This document shows, one piece after another, positions 22,289-34,962 of a stretch of DNA of 64,000 bases. How positions within the stretch are numbered: position 1 is the stretch's first letter; each line of letters opens with the position of its first letter. The notes under the pieces are model-generated. The model was not told where the DNA came from and made no database searches. It was given only the letters and a program-made list of their open reading frames with translations. Source of the stretch: Sporopachydermia quercuum (Eukaryota); assembly GCA_001599295.1 (NCBI GenBank), contig BCGN01000011.1:248001-312000 (forward strand), in the 5' to 3' direction. The translations under genes and the position numbers were made by a program.

Positions 22289-22751
22289 ATTAAATTTTTT
22301 TTCAGTTGTCAATTCTTTTCTATCTCTTTTACATTGACAGTCGCTTGATATGTTTTGTATTTTTATAACACTTTGGTGAGCAGCTATTTGATAATAAATT
22401 AATTAAGGAAATAGAAATAAGAATTAGAAGAAGTTAAGAGTTGTGTCAACTCATACAACTTAAATGTATATATTCTCATATCAAGATGGAGAATGACTAG
22501 AATGTTATGTTCTGACGAAAACGACTCCTTCATAGTAGAAGACATAATATTGATAGCATGCACTTGATATTCTAAAATGCAAAATAGTACATAGGTTAAA
22601 AATGTATAAGAATCATCTATATGTATATGAAAGTGTATATGAATGTGAATAATGTAAATAATGTAAATAATGATAGAGTAAAATAGAGTGAGTAGTTTCA
22701 CGGTAATAGTTTTTGAAATGCTGTGGTGTTTATCAGAAAAAGATCAGTCAT

Positions 22752-25064
22752 CTACCAAGAAAATTCCTCGGAACATAGCTTCAGATTCCAACCATATTGG
22801 TCGATGAGGGACGAAACTTCGTTCCTCGTAACCTTGACAAGGGATGATGGACCACATACAGCGACATAACCAGGTTTTCCCGATACGATTGAAGAACTCT
22901 TAGGATGTAATGATGGAGGTACTACAGTGCTCGAGCTATCAACTGATGATGATAATAGACAGTCAGGAAGAATAAACTTCAAGTCCGGCCTCTCGCCATT
23001 AGGACCACCGGTTGTGAAAATATGAATGCAATCCTTGTTGGCTTGCAAGCAGAGTTGGATATATTCCGCCGTGCTAGTGGAATCAATTCCATAATTACTG
23101 AATTGGTTTTCTGTTGAGTCTTCTGTTGAATCTTCTGCTGAGCCCTCTATATTGTCGTCGTAATTATCAGACTCTATATTATTGTTTTCTCCGTCCAGCA
23201 GTTGGTACAAAGGATTGCACCATTTCAATTGAGACCTGCTCTTGATGGTCCATATAAGATCCACTGAATAAAGATGGGGATACATGATATATTTTAAGAA
23301 GAATGGGAACGCAAAAGCTATACCTGTACCACCTGCGATCAGGACAATGTGGATTTGCAATGGTTTGATTAGTGGAATATTCGGTGTGTCAATCAACCCT
23401 TGAGATACCTCCTCTAATAGTTGTTCATTTAAGTGTTCATTTAGGTGCCCATTTAAACCATTTACGTCTTGGTCTTCAAACAAGTCTAGAGTGTCTCTGT
23501 ATGGCTCTATAGCATCAGTGACACGTGGTGATAATTGATTCAACATTACTTCGTCAAACATTGTTCTCCCAGAGTTGTAACTTAAACCGTTCTTCAACCA
23601 TCTCACATCAGCCTTAGGAACATCAGGCAACGAGAGTCTTGATGTTCCATAGGAACCATCAGTTAGTATAAGTAATTTAGTAGAACCACCTTCTTGCTTA
23701 GATACATAATCGTACAAATGCTTTGAGAATCCTCCTTGTGCTTTCACTATGATATCTAACGTTGAAGAATATTTGCTATACGATGCAATTGTGAATGGGT
23801 GTGCCTGTAAAGTATCAATCCCTATAACAGTTATGAACACGTGAGAACCAACTTCCCACTCCAACGGCCGACATAGCCCTAATGCATACACTATTGAAGA
23901 TAAGACATATGATTTATATGGCAAGGGGCAGTTTTTGGAGAACAATAATGATTTGGCACCTTGTTTTGGTATTCTGAGATAAGTGAGGTCACCATCAGTG
24001 ACATACGCTTCACATAAGTTCAAGCGATAGCAAAATATTATCCTCGTTATTCTATCATAAATGAAAGCTAGTCCAGCTGCGATTCCAAATGGTGCAGCAA
24101 TAGGAACGTGTAAAGTGATGGCTGGAATACATATGAGCATGAAAATAAAATGTATTGCATAGAAAAACTCATACGTTTTTCTTCTGACGTATTCAAACGA
24201 TGTGACTCCTATTAGTAGGAATCCGAGGGCGCCAATCAATCCAGTGACGCCGAAATTTTCTCGAAGAATAAAGTCGAAATGAAATGTCATTAAAAAGGAC
24301 ACTGTATGAACAAGTGTAGCGAATACTACCAGCGCGCCAATATATCTGTGAAATACGTTCAACTGTTCATATGACCATCCAGTAAGCCATGATAGAGGTG
24401 AATATTTGAACCCAAAAATATAAAGTATTGGGATATTGACGCCAGATATGATACCAGATCTGAATCCGTAAAAGCTTGGAGTATGGACATANCCTATAAA
24501 GAAATAGAATATATTAATCATGAAATATAACACTAAAACCAGACTTATTCCCACTGGTTCAAGCTTTGAATGGAAGATGTTATCTGTTGGTTGATACATC
24601 AAGAAAGCCATGATCTTGCTTTTCAACCGGAAGAAGAAACTTTTTTTCACTATAAAAGCGTTGGCATTCAATAGGTCATCTCTACTTGGATACGCTTGAT
24701 GTATGTTTTTCAACCCAGAATCAGAAAAGCTATAGTGAACTGTTTCCAGGGAATATTCACTTTCGCTTCTGGAGTTTGTATTTCTCACTGGCTTATGCTG
24801 TGATCTCCATTGAATCCATTTGTTGCTCAGTCTTATTATCCAGAATGCTGCAGAATAACATATCAGAAGTACTACTAGTGCCGATACATATATCTTCATG
24901 TACTTCCTTCCGCCGAATATTGATTTTATGACTTTTTCTCTGCTGTCTGAAAGGAAAGGATTTGTACCTCGGAAAGGGTAATTAGGATCAACTGGTATTG
25001 TCCCCGTTGTTTCGGGTGACGATCTTGGTTGGAGATGCACAAACTCCTCCGTTGGTCTAACCAT
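22752..25064 (-). CDS. Ferric reductase / NOX-family transmembrane flavocytochrome
   Basis: Heme His pairs (NVFHRYIG...VHT; AIHF...TLH), FAD motif HPFT, DGSYG, NADPH motif AGGTGI, CGP, terminal EEFSW; no cleavable signal peptide evident. Confidence 0.9.
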   Translation of the reverse strand: MVRPTEEFVHLQPRSSPETTGTIPVDPNYPFRGTNPFLSDSREKVIKSIFGGRKYMKIYVSALVVLLICYSAAFWIIRLSNKWIQWRSQHKPVRNTNSRSESEYSLETVHYSFSDSGLKNIHQAYPSRDDLLNANAFIVKKSFFFRLKSKIMAFLMYQPTDNIFHSKLEPVGISLVLVLYFMINIFYFFIXYVHTPSFYGFRSGIISGVNIPILYIFGFKYSPLSWLTGWSYEQLNVFHRYIGALVVFATLVHTVSFLMTFHFDFILRENFGVTGLIGALGFLLIGVTSFEYVRRKTYEFFYAIHFIFMLICIPAITLHVPIAAPFGIAAGLAFIYDRITRIIFCYRLNLCEAYVTDGDLTYLRIPKQGAKSLLFSKNCPLPYKSYVLSSIVYALGLCRPLEWEVGSHVFITVIGIDTLQAHPFTIASYSKYSSTLDIIVKAQGGFSKHLYDYVSKQEGGSTKLLILTDGSYGTSRLSLPDVPKADVRWLKNGLSYNSGRTMFDEVMLNQLSPRVTDAIEPYRDTLDLFEDQDVNGLNGHLNEHLNEQLLEEVSQGLIDTPNIPLIKPLQIHIVLIAGGTGIAFAFPFFLKYIMYPHLYSVDLIWTIKSRSQLKWCNPLYQLLDGENNNIESDNYDDNIEGSAEDSTEDSTENQFSNYGIDSTSTAEYIQLCLQANKDCIHIFTTGGPNGERPDLKFILPDCLLSSSVDSSSTVVPPSLHPKSSSIVSGKPGYVAVCGPSSLVKVTRNEVSSLIDQYGWNLKLCSEEFSW

Positions 25065-26231
25065 ATTTATTTTTGTTGTTGTTTCTCTTGGTATTTACCG
25101 TCAGTGATGCGGTCAGGATGTCTCTATATGCTTCGTGAGATCTATCTATACTATGCTTGTACGATTAAATCAGTATGTTTCTAGTGGAGGGAACTTTTTC
25201 GCGGATTCAGTTCACGTCTTGGATAACGAGTTCATCCTTTTGACTTTGGTATCAACTGATATCTGACAACAACCAGTGATAAGCAAATAAGTAAAGCAAT
25301 AGGAANGTAAGCGAAAAGAGAAAGAAAGAGGAAAAACAAATAGATTGAAATTATAATTGTATCTAGTAACAAGTACTTCAACTAAAAATTATTTCTTATC
25401 ATCCAATCCACCTAATACTTGCCATTTCTGTACGGGTCGTTCCACTTTCTAACCGAAAAATTACCCCTTAATTTGATTAATATTATTCTTCTTTTCAAGT
25501 AAGTCATCTATCTACATTGCTTCTTGCTCCCCATGTTGTTTCTAGAGTGTCGTTAGAATCATCAGTCGTCTGCTACCGAATCACAGACCACCCCCTGGAA
25601 GAACCCCTTAACATCCGTAAGCGATAGTAGCACTATGAGAGAGTAAATAGTAGTACATGTATTGATTGATGAGATAAGATTAACTTAGCGTTAAGTCATC
25701 GCAAAAAGTAATAACTGGACATAAATGTAAGACAGCTAATTGTGTCCGATTTTTGAACAGCGAAATGGTTTATGAGGGGGTTCTTCTTTACGGAGTACAA
25801 TTTATACAATCAGAAAACAGTTTTCATTATTCAAGCTTATTAGGTGAATACTTATTATATCCCTTCAACTTCTCCTATGCTTTTTTCTCTTTTATATAAT
25901 CCAATAGCTATATGAAATCTGCTCCTTTAGNTAAGTATCGGACTACGAGTTTAATCTTATTTCTGACAGTTTCTGACAATTTGTCTATGACAATAGGCAT
26001 TTTTCACTTTTTACTAATCTTGTGCAATTCCAGGACAATCGTGACAATCTCAACGGACATGAAGAAAAGTAAAAAGTATGCAATAATGTGAGTAAAAAAA
26101 ATACTCAGAAGCATTCAAAGATATGAAAGAAATATATCAAGTGTATTTTGACTTTTCTCTTTGTCTATCTTATCTCGATAAAAGATAATGTTAGCTAGCT
26201 CGTTACATTCCAAGCTCGAAGGAAAAAAACA

Positions 26232-26317
26232 TCTCCCGAGGGTGAATCGAACACCCGATCTCAAGATAACAATTAACCATTACAGTCTCGCGCCTTAGCC
26301 AACTGGGCCATCGGGAG
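26232..26317 (-). tRNA. tRNA-Tyr(GTA) with 12-nt intron
   Basis: Reverse complement CTCCCGATGGCCCAGTTGGCTAAGGCG-CGAGA-CTGTAA-[TGGTTAATTGTT]-A-TCTTG-AGATCGGGTGTTCGATTCACCC-TCGGGAG-A, followed by a T7 terminator. Confidence 0.95.
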
Positions 26318-26610
26318 CTTATTGCTAAATCTAAAAATTAGTCTATACCCGGGGAAAATAAATAAAAGTAAATTTATACCAAAATATTCAATTTTCAGTT
26401 TCTTATGTAGGCAAAATATCATGAGTTTTAACCTATTTTTAACGGTGTTTATCAAAATATGTACGTTACAAAAAAAAGATTACTTACTTATTGGATGAAA
26501 TTAAAGCATCATCAGATTTCAATATATACAAAGTGTAATGTAGACTATATACAGATACGGAAAACCCAAGACCAAGATTATGTTCATATACACACTATTA
26601 ACCATGGAAC

Positions 26611-27624
26611 CTAGGCAGAGAGAGGACGGGGTACAATAGAAGCAATTCGTCTTGACCCACCAAGGAAACCAAGTGTGATAGTCTTTTGAGGAAGGTTGAA
26701 CGTGCTGTTATGGAGGAGAGCGCTAACATGAAAAGATGTGGCAGTCGGTTCAAGAATTGGAGCTGTTTTCGATTTGGGTAACATGCTAACTAATGCGGCG
26801 GGCTCGGGGAATTCACCTGCAACCGTTTCATTCCAAATCTTCTTCTTTTGAGAAATATCGAGAACTGAAGAAGCAATTTCAAGCTTGTCTGAAAATGAGA
26901 TAGTCTTCCTACTGTCAGGAGTAATTTGGTAATTAGGATGCAATTCAGACTGCCTGATAAACTCACTCAATGCTCGAACAACACGGCTACCATGAGATGT
27001 GGCAGTATATGGAGAATGCTCAATTAGAGATTCAGAAGAAACTTCGTCAACCACGAACTTCTTTTCTTCTAACTTTTTCATAGGTGACACGAAGGCACTC
27101 TTAGTACTAGTTTCAAATCTATTTCGTGATCTGGGTGCAGCCGAGTTATTTCTGCTAACTTTTCGATCTTTCTTGTTATAACCACTAGGTTTAGAGAATT
27201 TGGGAGTGAATCTCTTATTGTTGTCTGACCTATTGGGTATCAATCGATTTCTTGGAGTATTGGAGCGATCGGTATCTCCATTGAAAGTTCGTTCTTGCGG
27301 AGCAAACCGCGATACTCGAGTAGGTAACGGTTCGGACAATTCAGTATTCTTCACAGTTTCGGATGAAAACTTCTTGTTTTCACTTGCCTTCTCGCGATTA
27401 CCATTCCTTCTTTGGTTACCTGGACCCCGGGCTCTTCTTTCAGTATTGGTTGTATTGGCCTTCTTTACGGCTTGCTGTGCTGCTTTTGTAGGGTCCGCCT
27501 GAATGCTTCTGATGTTTTCAATTAAAGACTGAAGACTTGATAACGCATCATTTGGTTTTGTGCCCCCATTCGTTGCATATCCACGACGTATTACAGTCCT
27601 AGTAATTGATCTGCTAAACATCAT
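26611..27624 (-). CDS. RSM28: Mitochondrial small-subunit ribosomal protein mS46 (Rsm28-like)
   Basis: Presequence-like N-terminus, basic N/R-rich middle, and C-terminal blocks (FVVDEVSSESLIEHSP...SRVV; VAGEF; LGGSRRIASI) resembling recalled Rsm28 blocks. Confidence 0.65.
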   Translation of the reverse strand: MMFSRSITRTVIRRGYATNGGTKPNDALSSLQSLIENIRSIQADPTKAAQQAVKKANTTNTERRARGPGNQRRNGNREKASENKKFSSETVKNTELSEPLPTRVSRFAPQERTFNGDTDRSNTPRNRLIPNRSDNNKRFTPKFSKPSGYNKKDRKVSRNNSAAPRSRNRFETSTKSAFVSPMKKLEEKKFVVDEVSSESLIEHSPYTATSHGSRVVRALSEFIRQSELHPNYQITPDSRKTISFSDKLEIASSVLDISQKKKIWNETVAGEFPEPAALVSMLPKSKTAPILEPTATSFHVSALLHNSTFNLPQKTITLGFLGGSRRIASIVPRPLSA

Positions 27625-28828
27625 GTCTTAACAGATACGATAGAATATCTTATGAGAGCTGAAACTTTGATTTCGGCCACCTGTCTATGCCTACTCCTGG
27701 CAATCTACTATCCCAGATCAATAATAATATTCTAGAGTTGAATTTAATATTGACTTATCTTCCCTAATGATTTTCATGAACAAAGACAATTTCATGACTT
27801 CCTATCGCAAATACCTTTACCATGCATTCTGTTGGTAGATCCACCACTCAGTGAATATGAAAAATTGGACGAAAGAGAATGAAATTACCCGGAGATGGTT
27901 AGTCAAAAAGCAATTAACGATTACGTCAACAAATATGATTTCTTCATCCTTAAGGGGTAGGGACACGAGACTTCAAGAAGAAAACTCTNAACGTTACAGT
28001 TACTTATTATTGTGGGATGGGATGATCTGAAATCGATGACTTCAGAGAGGGCGGATTNATCATCGACAGACATGTATGTAATTGAACGAAAACAGGGAAT
28101 GAAGNGTCCATAATCGAACCGATAACATATTTTATTCAATTTATCTCTGTTTTTCTTCTTNAAACAATGAAGAAAACAAGCCATAATATAACCATTATGT
28201 GTTCAATGTCCGGGGTCTCTTGTACCCCAGATGACCGAATCAAAACTAGCTCTACTGAACCACATCCGATATTTCCTTGGAATAGCGTTATCATGTAACT
28301 CACATATGACATGGCTAGATTCATGCTAGTTCGTGTATAATTTGCCCTTATCGCGTATTATTGCATGAGTATAGTNAAGAAACAGGGTGTATCATACTCC
28401 TCTCTTCCAAACACCCTTACCACCGATGACATTTCTCAGTGAGAGATGACGCATGATCATGCACGATTCAACAAAGATTCGAGTTTGGTCCTTAATTACA
28501 CACTCAAGGCTCAGTCAGTATCTGCGGCTCGGCCCAGAGAATATAGTTATAACCATCGCAAGAGCTTATAACAACATTTCTTTCGGCTTCCATTTCTTTT
28601 CTATCCTATATTGTTCAGTTATAATCCATCTCTACCCTATTATGACATTCATCTTCGCAAACAGATAATACATAAAACAAGTTGGAATTACTTCAATTGA
28701 GTTACGTGAGGCAAATAAATACTCTCAGTTTAGCATCGTTATCAGTTCCATTGGATCAAGAAGACTATTATCTTGCTTGCTTGACTGTTAGCTGTATGAG
28801 CTATACGATATCAACTTNACTAATCAAG

Positions 28829-31800
28829 ATGCAGAATAATGGTATGTTGACAAAACGAAATAGAATCGATAAAATCTAATTGAAATAGAATTTTATCAAG
28901 GAACTACTAGTAGAAGTTTCCGGTAGTTTTCCTGGTTATTGAAAGTACTAACCTTCGTTTGCGACAGAAATTCAATTCTTCCTTTGGAAATTGAAGTTAC
29001 TTGATGCCCTTAGGTCGATTGAGGACGCCAGTAAGATTAAAGCCTTACTCAACTCCGAAGAAGCCAAAGGATATAAGAAATCTTCAATTCTGAACTTAGC
29101 GTGTAAAGTAGCATCTTTACAAATAATTGCAAGTCTTTTAGAAGACCCGGAGTTAAATTTTGACATCAATGCTCAAGATGAGGATGGTAATACACCACTT
29201 CATATAGCTGCTATGTCAGGCAGAGATGATGTTACTGCTTATTTACTGAGCAAGCCAGAAATTAATGACACCATTGTGAATTTAGAGTATAAAACACCAC
29301 TGGATGTCTCGAAAACTCCTGAAACAGCCCAAATTTTACAGTATGCTCGTGACCAGTACGTCGAACATGTAGCTACCTTATTGAAAAAGTACTTTCAAAC
29401 AAAAAATTACGCTGGACTTGAAGAATTACTTTCAAATAACAGAACAATCGAGCTCATTGATATCAATGGACCTGATCCTGACACTGGGAATACTGTTTTA
29501 CATGATGCTATCAAACAACATGATGCCGAGATGGTGAAATTCATCCTTGATCATGGTGGAGATCCGTTTAAGAGAGATAAACGAGGAAGACTACCAATTG
29601 ATTTAGCTAAAGGTAGTGATTCAATTAAAAAGATTTTAAAACAAAGCGCTAAAGATCAAACAGTTATTATCAGCACATTGCCANCAGAGCCAAAATTATT
29701 TGGCTACGAAATCTCTCCTATCTCTTCGGCTGCTTCTCCAGGCAATTCTATATATAGCTCAGCTGCATCTAAACATTCTTCAATAATGAACAAATTACCT
29801 TCAGGACCTAAGATTAAATCAAGTAACGTGAAAGATGTAACAGAGAGCTCAACAAATCTTCCTTTAGGTCCTCCTCCTGCCATGAAAGGTTACCTCAAGA
29901 AATGGACAAACTTCACTTCTGGATACAAATTAAGATGGTTTGTCTTAGAAAATAACATTTTATCATACTATAAATCGCCTGATGACACTTCTATGTCTTG
30001 CAGAGGAAGCATTAATATGCGGTATGCCAAATTGCATTTGGACTCCTCTGAACAGCTTAAATTTGAAATCATTGGTAAAAACACTAGTGGTTCCGGGACA
30101 ACAGGTACAGTGAAATATCATCTGAAGGCCAACCATCCAGTTGAGACTAATCGCTGGGTTTGGGCTTTACAATCAGCCATCAGAAATGCTAAGGATGAAT
30201 CTCAAAGAGGTAAAGGCAGAAGCGCTTTAAATCCTTCAAATCCTGGTGAATTCAGTAGAACTGATCTTACCAATGAAAGCTTATTACTTCCAGGTAATAA
30301 CTCCACGACTACAGGATTCCGTAAATCTGGAATGTACCATCAAAGAGGCTATTCAGATTCTCGTTCATTCCATGAAGAATTTGATTCAATGTCGCTTCCA
30401 ATAAAAAATCTTGGAGTTCCTAGTAGTCCTTCTGTTGGATCTATGATATCTTCAATTGGTTTAAGTAGCAATGAAGGCTCCCCATCAGTTGAAGAAGCAG
30501 TTGTAGTTCATAACGAGAAACCTGAGATTAATGACAAGGACATTGATGCAGCAGAGGAATTTGCCAATGATGATTATGAAGAAGACGACGACGATGACTA
30601 CGTTGAATATGATATCGAAAAAGCTATGAAGTCAGAGCCTTACAGTCAAGAGTTATTGGTTGAATTCCAAACATTAGCTGCTCAAATAAAGGAATATATC
30701 AATTTGACTTCAACTATTATAAAGAGCATCAATGAGAAAGGATTTGAATTTAATAAAGAAAGATCATTGAGCCTTACGAATGCTTATCTTTCAGGATTGC
30801 AATCGTTTGCTGAAAGGAACAAGAATATCTCAAATATGGTAAATACCAGGGAAAAATACTTCCGGACAATTATTGAAAGGCAACAAGAGACTTCACGTCT
30901 ATGGGAAGAGAATATTCGTAAATTAGAGGTTGAACATATGGAACTGGAGAAGAAGCTCGATGTATATGAAGACGAAAAGAAGAATATACGAAAAGCTATA
31001 AGAGAAACCGGTGGGGAAACAGAAGAACTGTTGAAATACGTGGCTAATTCAGGAGAAGAAGAGGAAGACGATGATGAGTTTTTCGATGCTGATGATTATG
31101 TTGATGAGGTGACAAAAGTAATCACTAGGACACCCACTGCAACAGATAATAAATTGGAAGCTATCAGTGAAGTAAGTACTGAAGAAGATAGGGAATCTAA
31201 AACCGATTTATCAACTTTGGCAGTAGAAGAAGAAGGGAAAGAAGGAAGAGGAGGAGAAGAACAAGAAGAAGAAGAGGAAGAAGATAAAGCTGAGTTTATT
31301 GAAGCCGATGAAGCTATCAAACCACTAGGCGCTGCAGAATTAGCTGGTACTAAATCAGATTCAATGAGAACACTCTCCAAAATAGCTGAATCCCATCTGA
31401 CCGATGCTCAAAAGACCAAATTGGACATTATCTTGACTGAGAAATCGTTTGAAGGTTACACCGACCCACCGAGAGAAAAGCTTTCTCGTAGCGAAGACGA
31501 TAGACCAACTATCTCCTTATGGGGTATTTTGAAATCGTTAATTGGAAAAGATATGACTAAGATGACTNTACCAGTGTCGTTCAATGAATGCACAAGTTTA
31601 CTTCAAAGGGTTGCAGAAGATATGGAATATTCGGAATTGGCAGATATAGCAGCTGAATTTGAAGATTCCACGTTAAGGATGGTTTATGTTGCATCATTTG
31701 CAGCATCTGAGTATGCAAGTACAATTGATAGGATTGCTAAGCCATTCAATCCTTTGTTGGGTGAAACGTTTGAGTACTGTAGGCCTGACAAAAAGTACCG

Positions 31801-32767
31801 ATTTTTTGTTGAGCAGGTTTCACATCATCCTCCGATTTCTGCTGCTATTGCCGAATCACCTAAATGGGATTATTATGGTGAAAGTGCTGTTAAATCAAAA
31901 TTCAATGGTAGAAGTTTTGATATTAAACCTTTGGGTACTTGGTATTTAACTTTAAGACCTAGTAATGATCTAAATGGCATTAAAGAAGAAACTTACACCT
32001 GGAGGAAGCTTACAAGTAGTGTTGTTGGCATTATTACTGGTCGACCTGTATTGGATAACTATGGCACGATGGAAATTATCAACCATGTTACGGGTGATAA
32101 GTGTATTCTAAAATTTAAACAGCGTGGATGGAGAAGTAGCTATGCCTATGAAGTTCGTGGTAGTGTTGTAAGCGGTAAAGATGGTGCTACTAAATGGATT
32201 ATTGGCGGTAGATGGAACGATAAACTATTTGCTAAGAAAGTAGTACCAGAGAATTACTCACAATTAGTTGAAGGAAGAAGAGAATCTATTCTTGATTCAT
32301 CGTTAGAATCAGATTTAGGACTCAAAGAAGATGATCATGAAGTTGCTCATAAAGGTTGGATTGTTAGCGATCCTGATATTATTCAAGGAAAAAAGAAGTT
32401 TTTAGTGTGGAAAGCTAATCCTAGACCACCTAGGCCTTTTAATTTAACCCCATTTGCTATTAGTTTGAATGCTCCTTATCCAGATTTAGTAAAATGGATT
32501 GCACCTACTGATACTAGACTAAGACCTGATCAACGAGCTATGGAAGACGGTGAATACGATTTAGCAGCTGACGAGAAAAACAGGGTAGAAGAGAAACAAA
32601 GAGCAGCTCGCAAAGAGCGTGAACTGAAAAACATCAATTATGAGCCTAAATTCTTCAGAAAGGCAGTTCATCCTTTAACGAAAGAAGAATACTGGCAGCC
32701 GATTGATGATAAATACTGGAAATTGAGGAAGGATAGAAAGCTTAAAGATACTGGAGATATTTTTTGA
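28829..32767 (+). CDS. Oxysterol-binding protein with ankyrin, PH, FFAT and ORD domains (Osh1/Osh2), 2 exons
   Basis: Micro-exon 28829-28841 (ATGCAGAATAATG), intron 28842-28967 (GTATGT...TACTAAC...CAG), exon 2 28968-32767, giving [20 protein letters not shown]. Ankyrin [34 protein letters not shown]. Confidence 0.93.
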
Positions 32768-34819
32768 AATAGAGGCGTTGTGTTTGGTAGATATTAAATA
32801 ATACGTTTATTGATCATGGAATTGAATGTATACTTTCAATAGTTCGGCTCCATAGTATTTTTCTACATATTTCAGATTTTTTATAAACAATTGTTGGTGA
32901 GTTAATAGTTAATTAAATATTCTTTCTTCTGTTTACCCTATTGTAATAGAAGTACTACATACAAGTAAAAGAAGAACCGTTACTCCCATGACANAATAGT
33001 ACCTCAACTCTCAACTCGTTTATACGTATAAATCACACTAAATCTTGCTTCAACTTGAACTTAAAAAGAAGGTTTTCTTAAAGCTTATTTTATTTTATTC
33101 GTCACTAAAGGGTCTCAGTGCCTTTCATGTTTCGTTTTATACATAACTATAATTTTGGGCCTCTTAGCAATCTTGGCATTTCCATATATCTTTGCTTAGT
33201 TTGGACCGTTGAGATTATGATGAATTTAGCAAAATTTGCGGACACCTGATATGAATATTGATAGATATACTATTCTAATCATAGAAGTGCTCGGTGTAAT
33301 GACAGGATAGGAAGAATGAAAGAGCCCCGCATTTGATGTTAGCAATCAGATTTAGAACTTTCCGGCATTCAAGTTTGAAGAGAAAAGGTAGTTCATATGT
33401 CAAGTCTGTCAGCTATTTAATGGAACTTTTTAACCTAACCATAAGATGCTGGAAAATATAGAGAACCCATTATCGGCAAAAAATTTCTCTGATCTACGGA
33501 AAAANCTGCTGTAAATAAGTTCTATCTGCGACACCTACTGGCGATACCATTANTCATCAGGTTCCTCAGCTGCAATTGCTTCCAAGTACCAAATACTTCT
33601 ACAGTAAAATCTAGAAACAAGGCAGACATGCAGCCACAGAGAATATTATATACAACGAAGCCCAATTAGTAAATACGTAAAATCGTAGAAGCATCCATGT
33701 ATTCCATATCTGTTTTTCAGTGCATGATATGATTCCTAATTCAACGATTCTCTTGGAAAAGAACTAATCAATTGAGTTTCTAGAATTCCTATCGTGCATA
33801 TCAAAGTTTGATTAATTTTTAGAGCTGGTTGATAATGCTCAGTGTAGATAGGAACAAAAATATTACAATACAATTTGACAGGTAGGAGTTCTTCCTGGTT
33901 ACACAGTGGTTAGCTGAAATCGGGCTATAGATATGTTGGTAGAACATTAATTTAGTGAGTTTTCAGTTTTTCTAGAGAAGAATGAAATGTGGCTGGTAGA
34001 ATGTGGGGATACAATACGATGAATAAGTAGTGAATGGCTGAATACTATTGGTGTCTGCAAAGAAACCTCACTCTCATTGTAAGAAGTACTAGGAGTAAGT
34101 TTTGCGAGGATAAATAACAATTTTTTGTAACATAAAACACTCTGGTTTACTTTACTCATAAACGAGTTTTATTATTATCCAATTTCAGCATTCGTTTATT
34201 TTATATCAATGTCTTTCCCATAAAATGAAAGATTCTCAATAGCATATTTCTTCAGAACAGAACTACAGTATTTACGTCATAATCACATGCTACATTTCTT
34301 ACAGAAACTATACAGTAAAACAATGACTTGTTCTAAACAGAAAATATAATAGTACTTGTTATTCAACGGTATCATTTCCTTATCACACAACTTGAATGAT
34401 TAACTGATTGAATGAATAATTTGATGCCAATTTCTCTGTACTAATAAACTTTTATCTTATGATGTATCACATGCATAACAGTACCTGAAAATAGATTATT
34501 TCAGCATTTAGCAAGATGATATCTATGGTATATAATCTTATAGTAANAGCAAAGTCGAAAGAGAAATGAAAAAGAAAAAAATATCACCTCCTACATATAG
34601 AATTCGAGCTGAGATTTCTATAAATCCACGATTAACTGTATTCAGTCTCCAGTAAACACACTAAAGGACAGCCTCCGAATTTTCATTATGCTAAATGATT
34701 ACCCTAGACCCTTAAACCCGTTATCTATACTCCGTACATCTTTTTGCTTCTCTGTTAACCAACATAAAGTTTAGGTTTACACTACCCTATGCATATTCTG
34801 ATGAAGGACAAGAAATTTC

Positions 34820-34962
34820 TTGATAACTTTGATAAGTTTCCTTTATCGTGTCAATCATCAACCGTTTGGACTATTCTCAGTCGATCCATAAATATTTGTG
34901 AAGTAATTTTCATTTTACATAGTGTAACCAATGATTGATAGGCTGGCTGTAAAGGGATAAGA
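34820..34962. promoter_or_regulatory. GATA (GATAA/GATAAG) cluster upstream of the ammonium permease
   Basis: TGATAAC-TTT-GATAAG-TTTCC-TTTATC within ~30 bp, another GATAAG at ~34956, and many more GATAA/TTATC across 34.3-37.0 kb. Function is inferred from nitrogen-catabolite regulation of MEP genes. Confidence 0.45.

Noticed and set aside
22399..22701. 100-aa hydrophobic ORF with HIHIHFH
   Set aside because: Arises from AT-rich simple repeats downstream of the ferric reductase; non-ATG start.
26318..26610. LTR upstream of tRNA-Tyr
   Set aside because: No similarity to the repeat unit and no TG...CA element visible.
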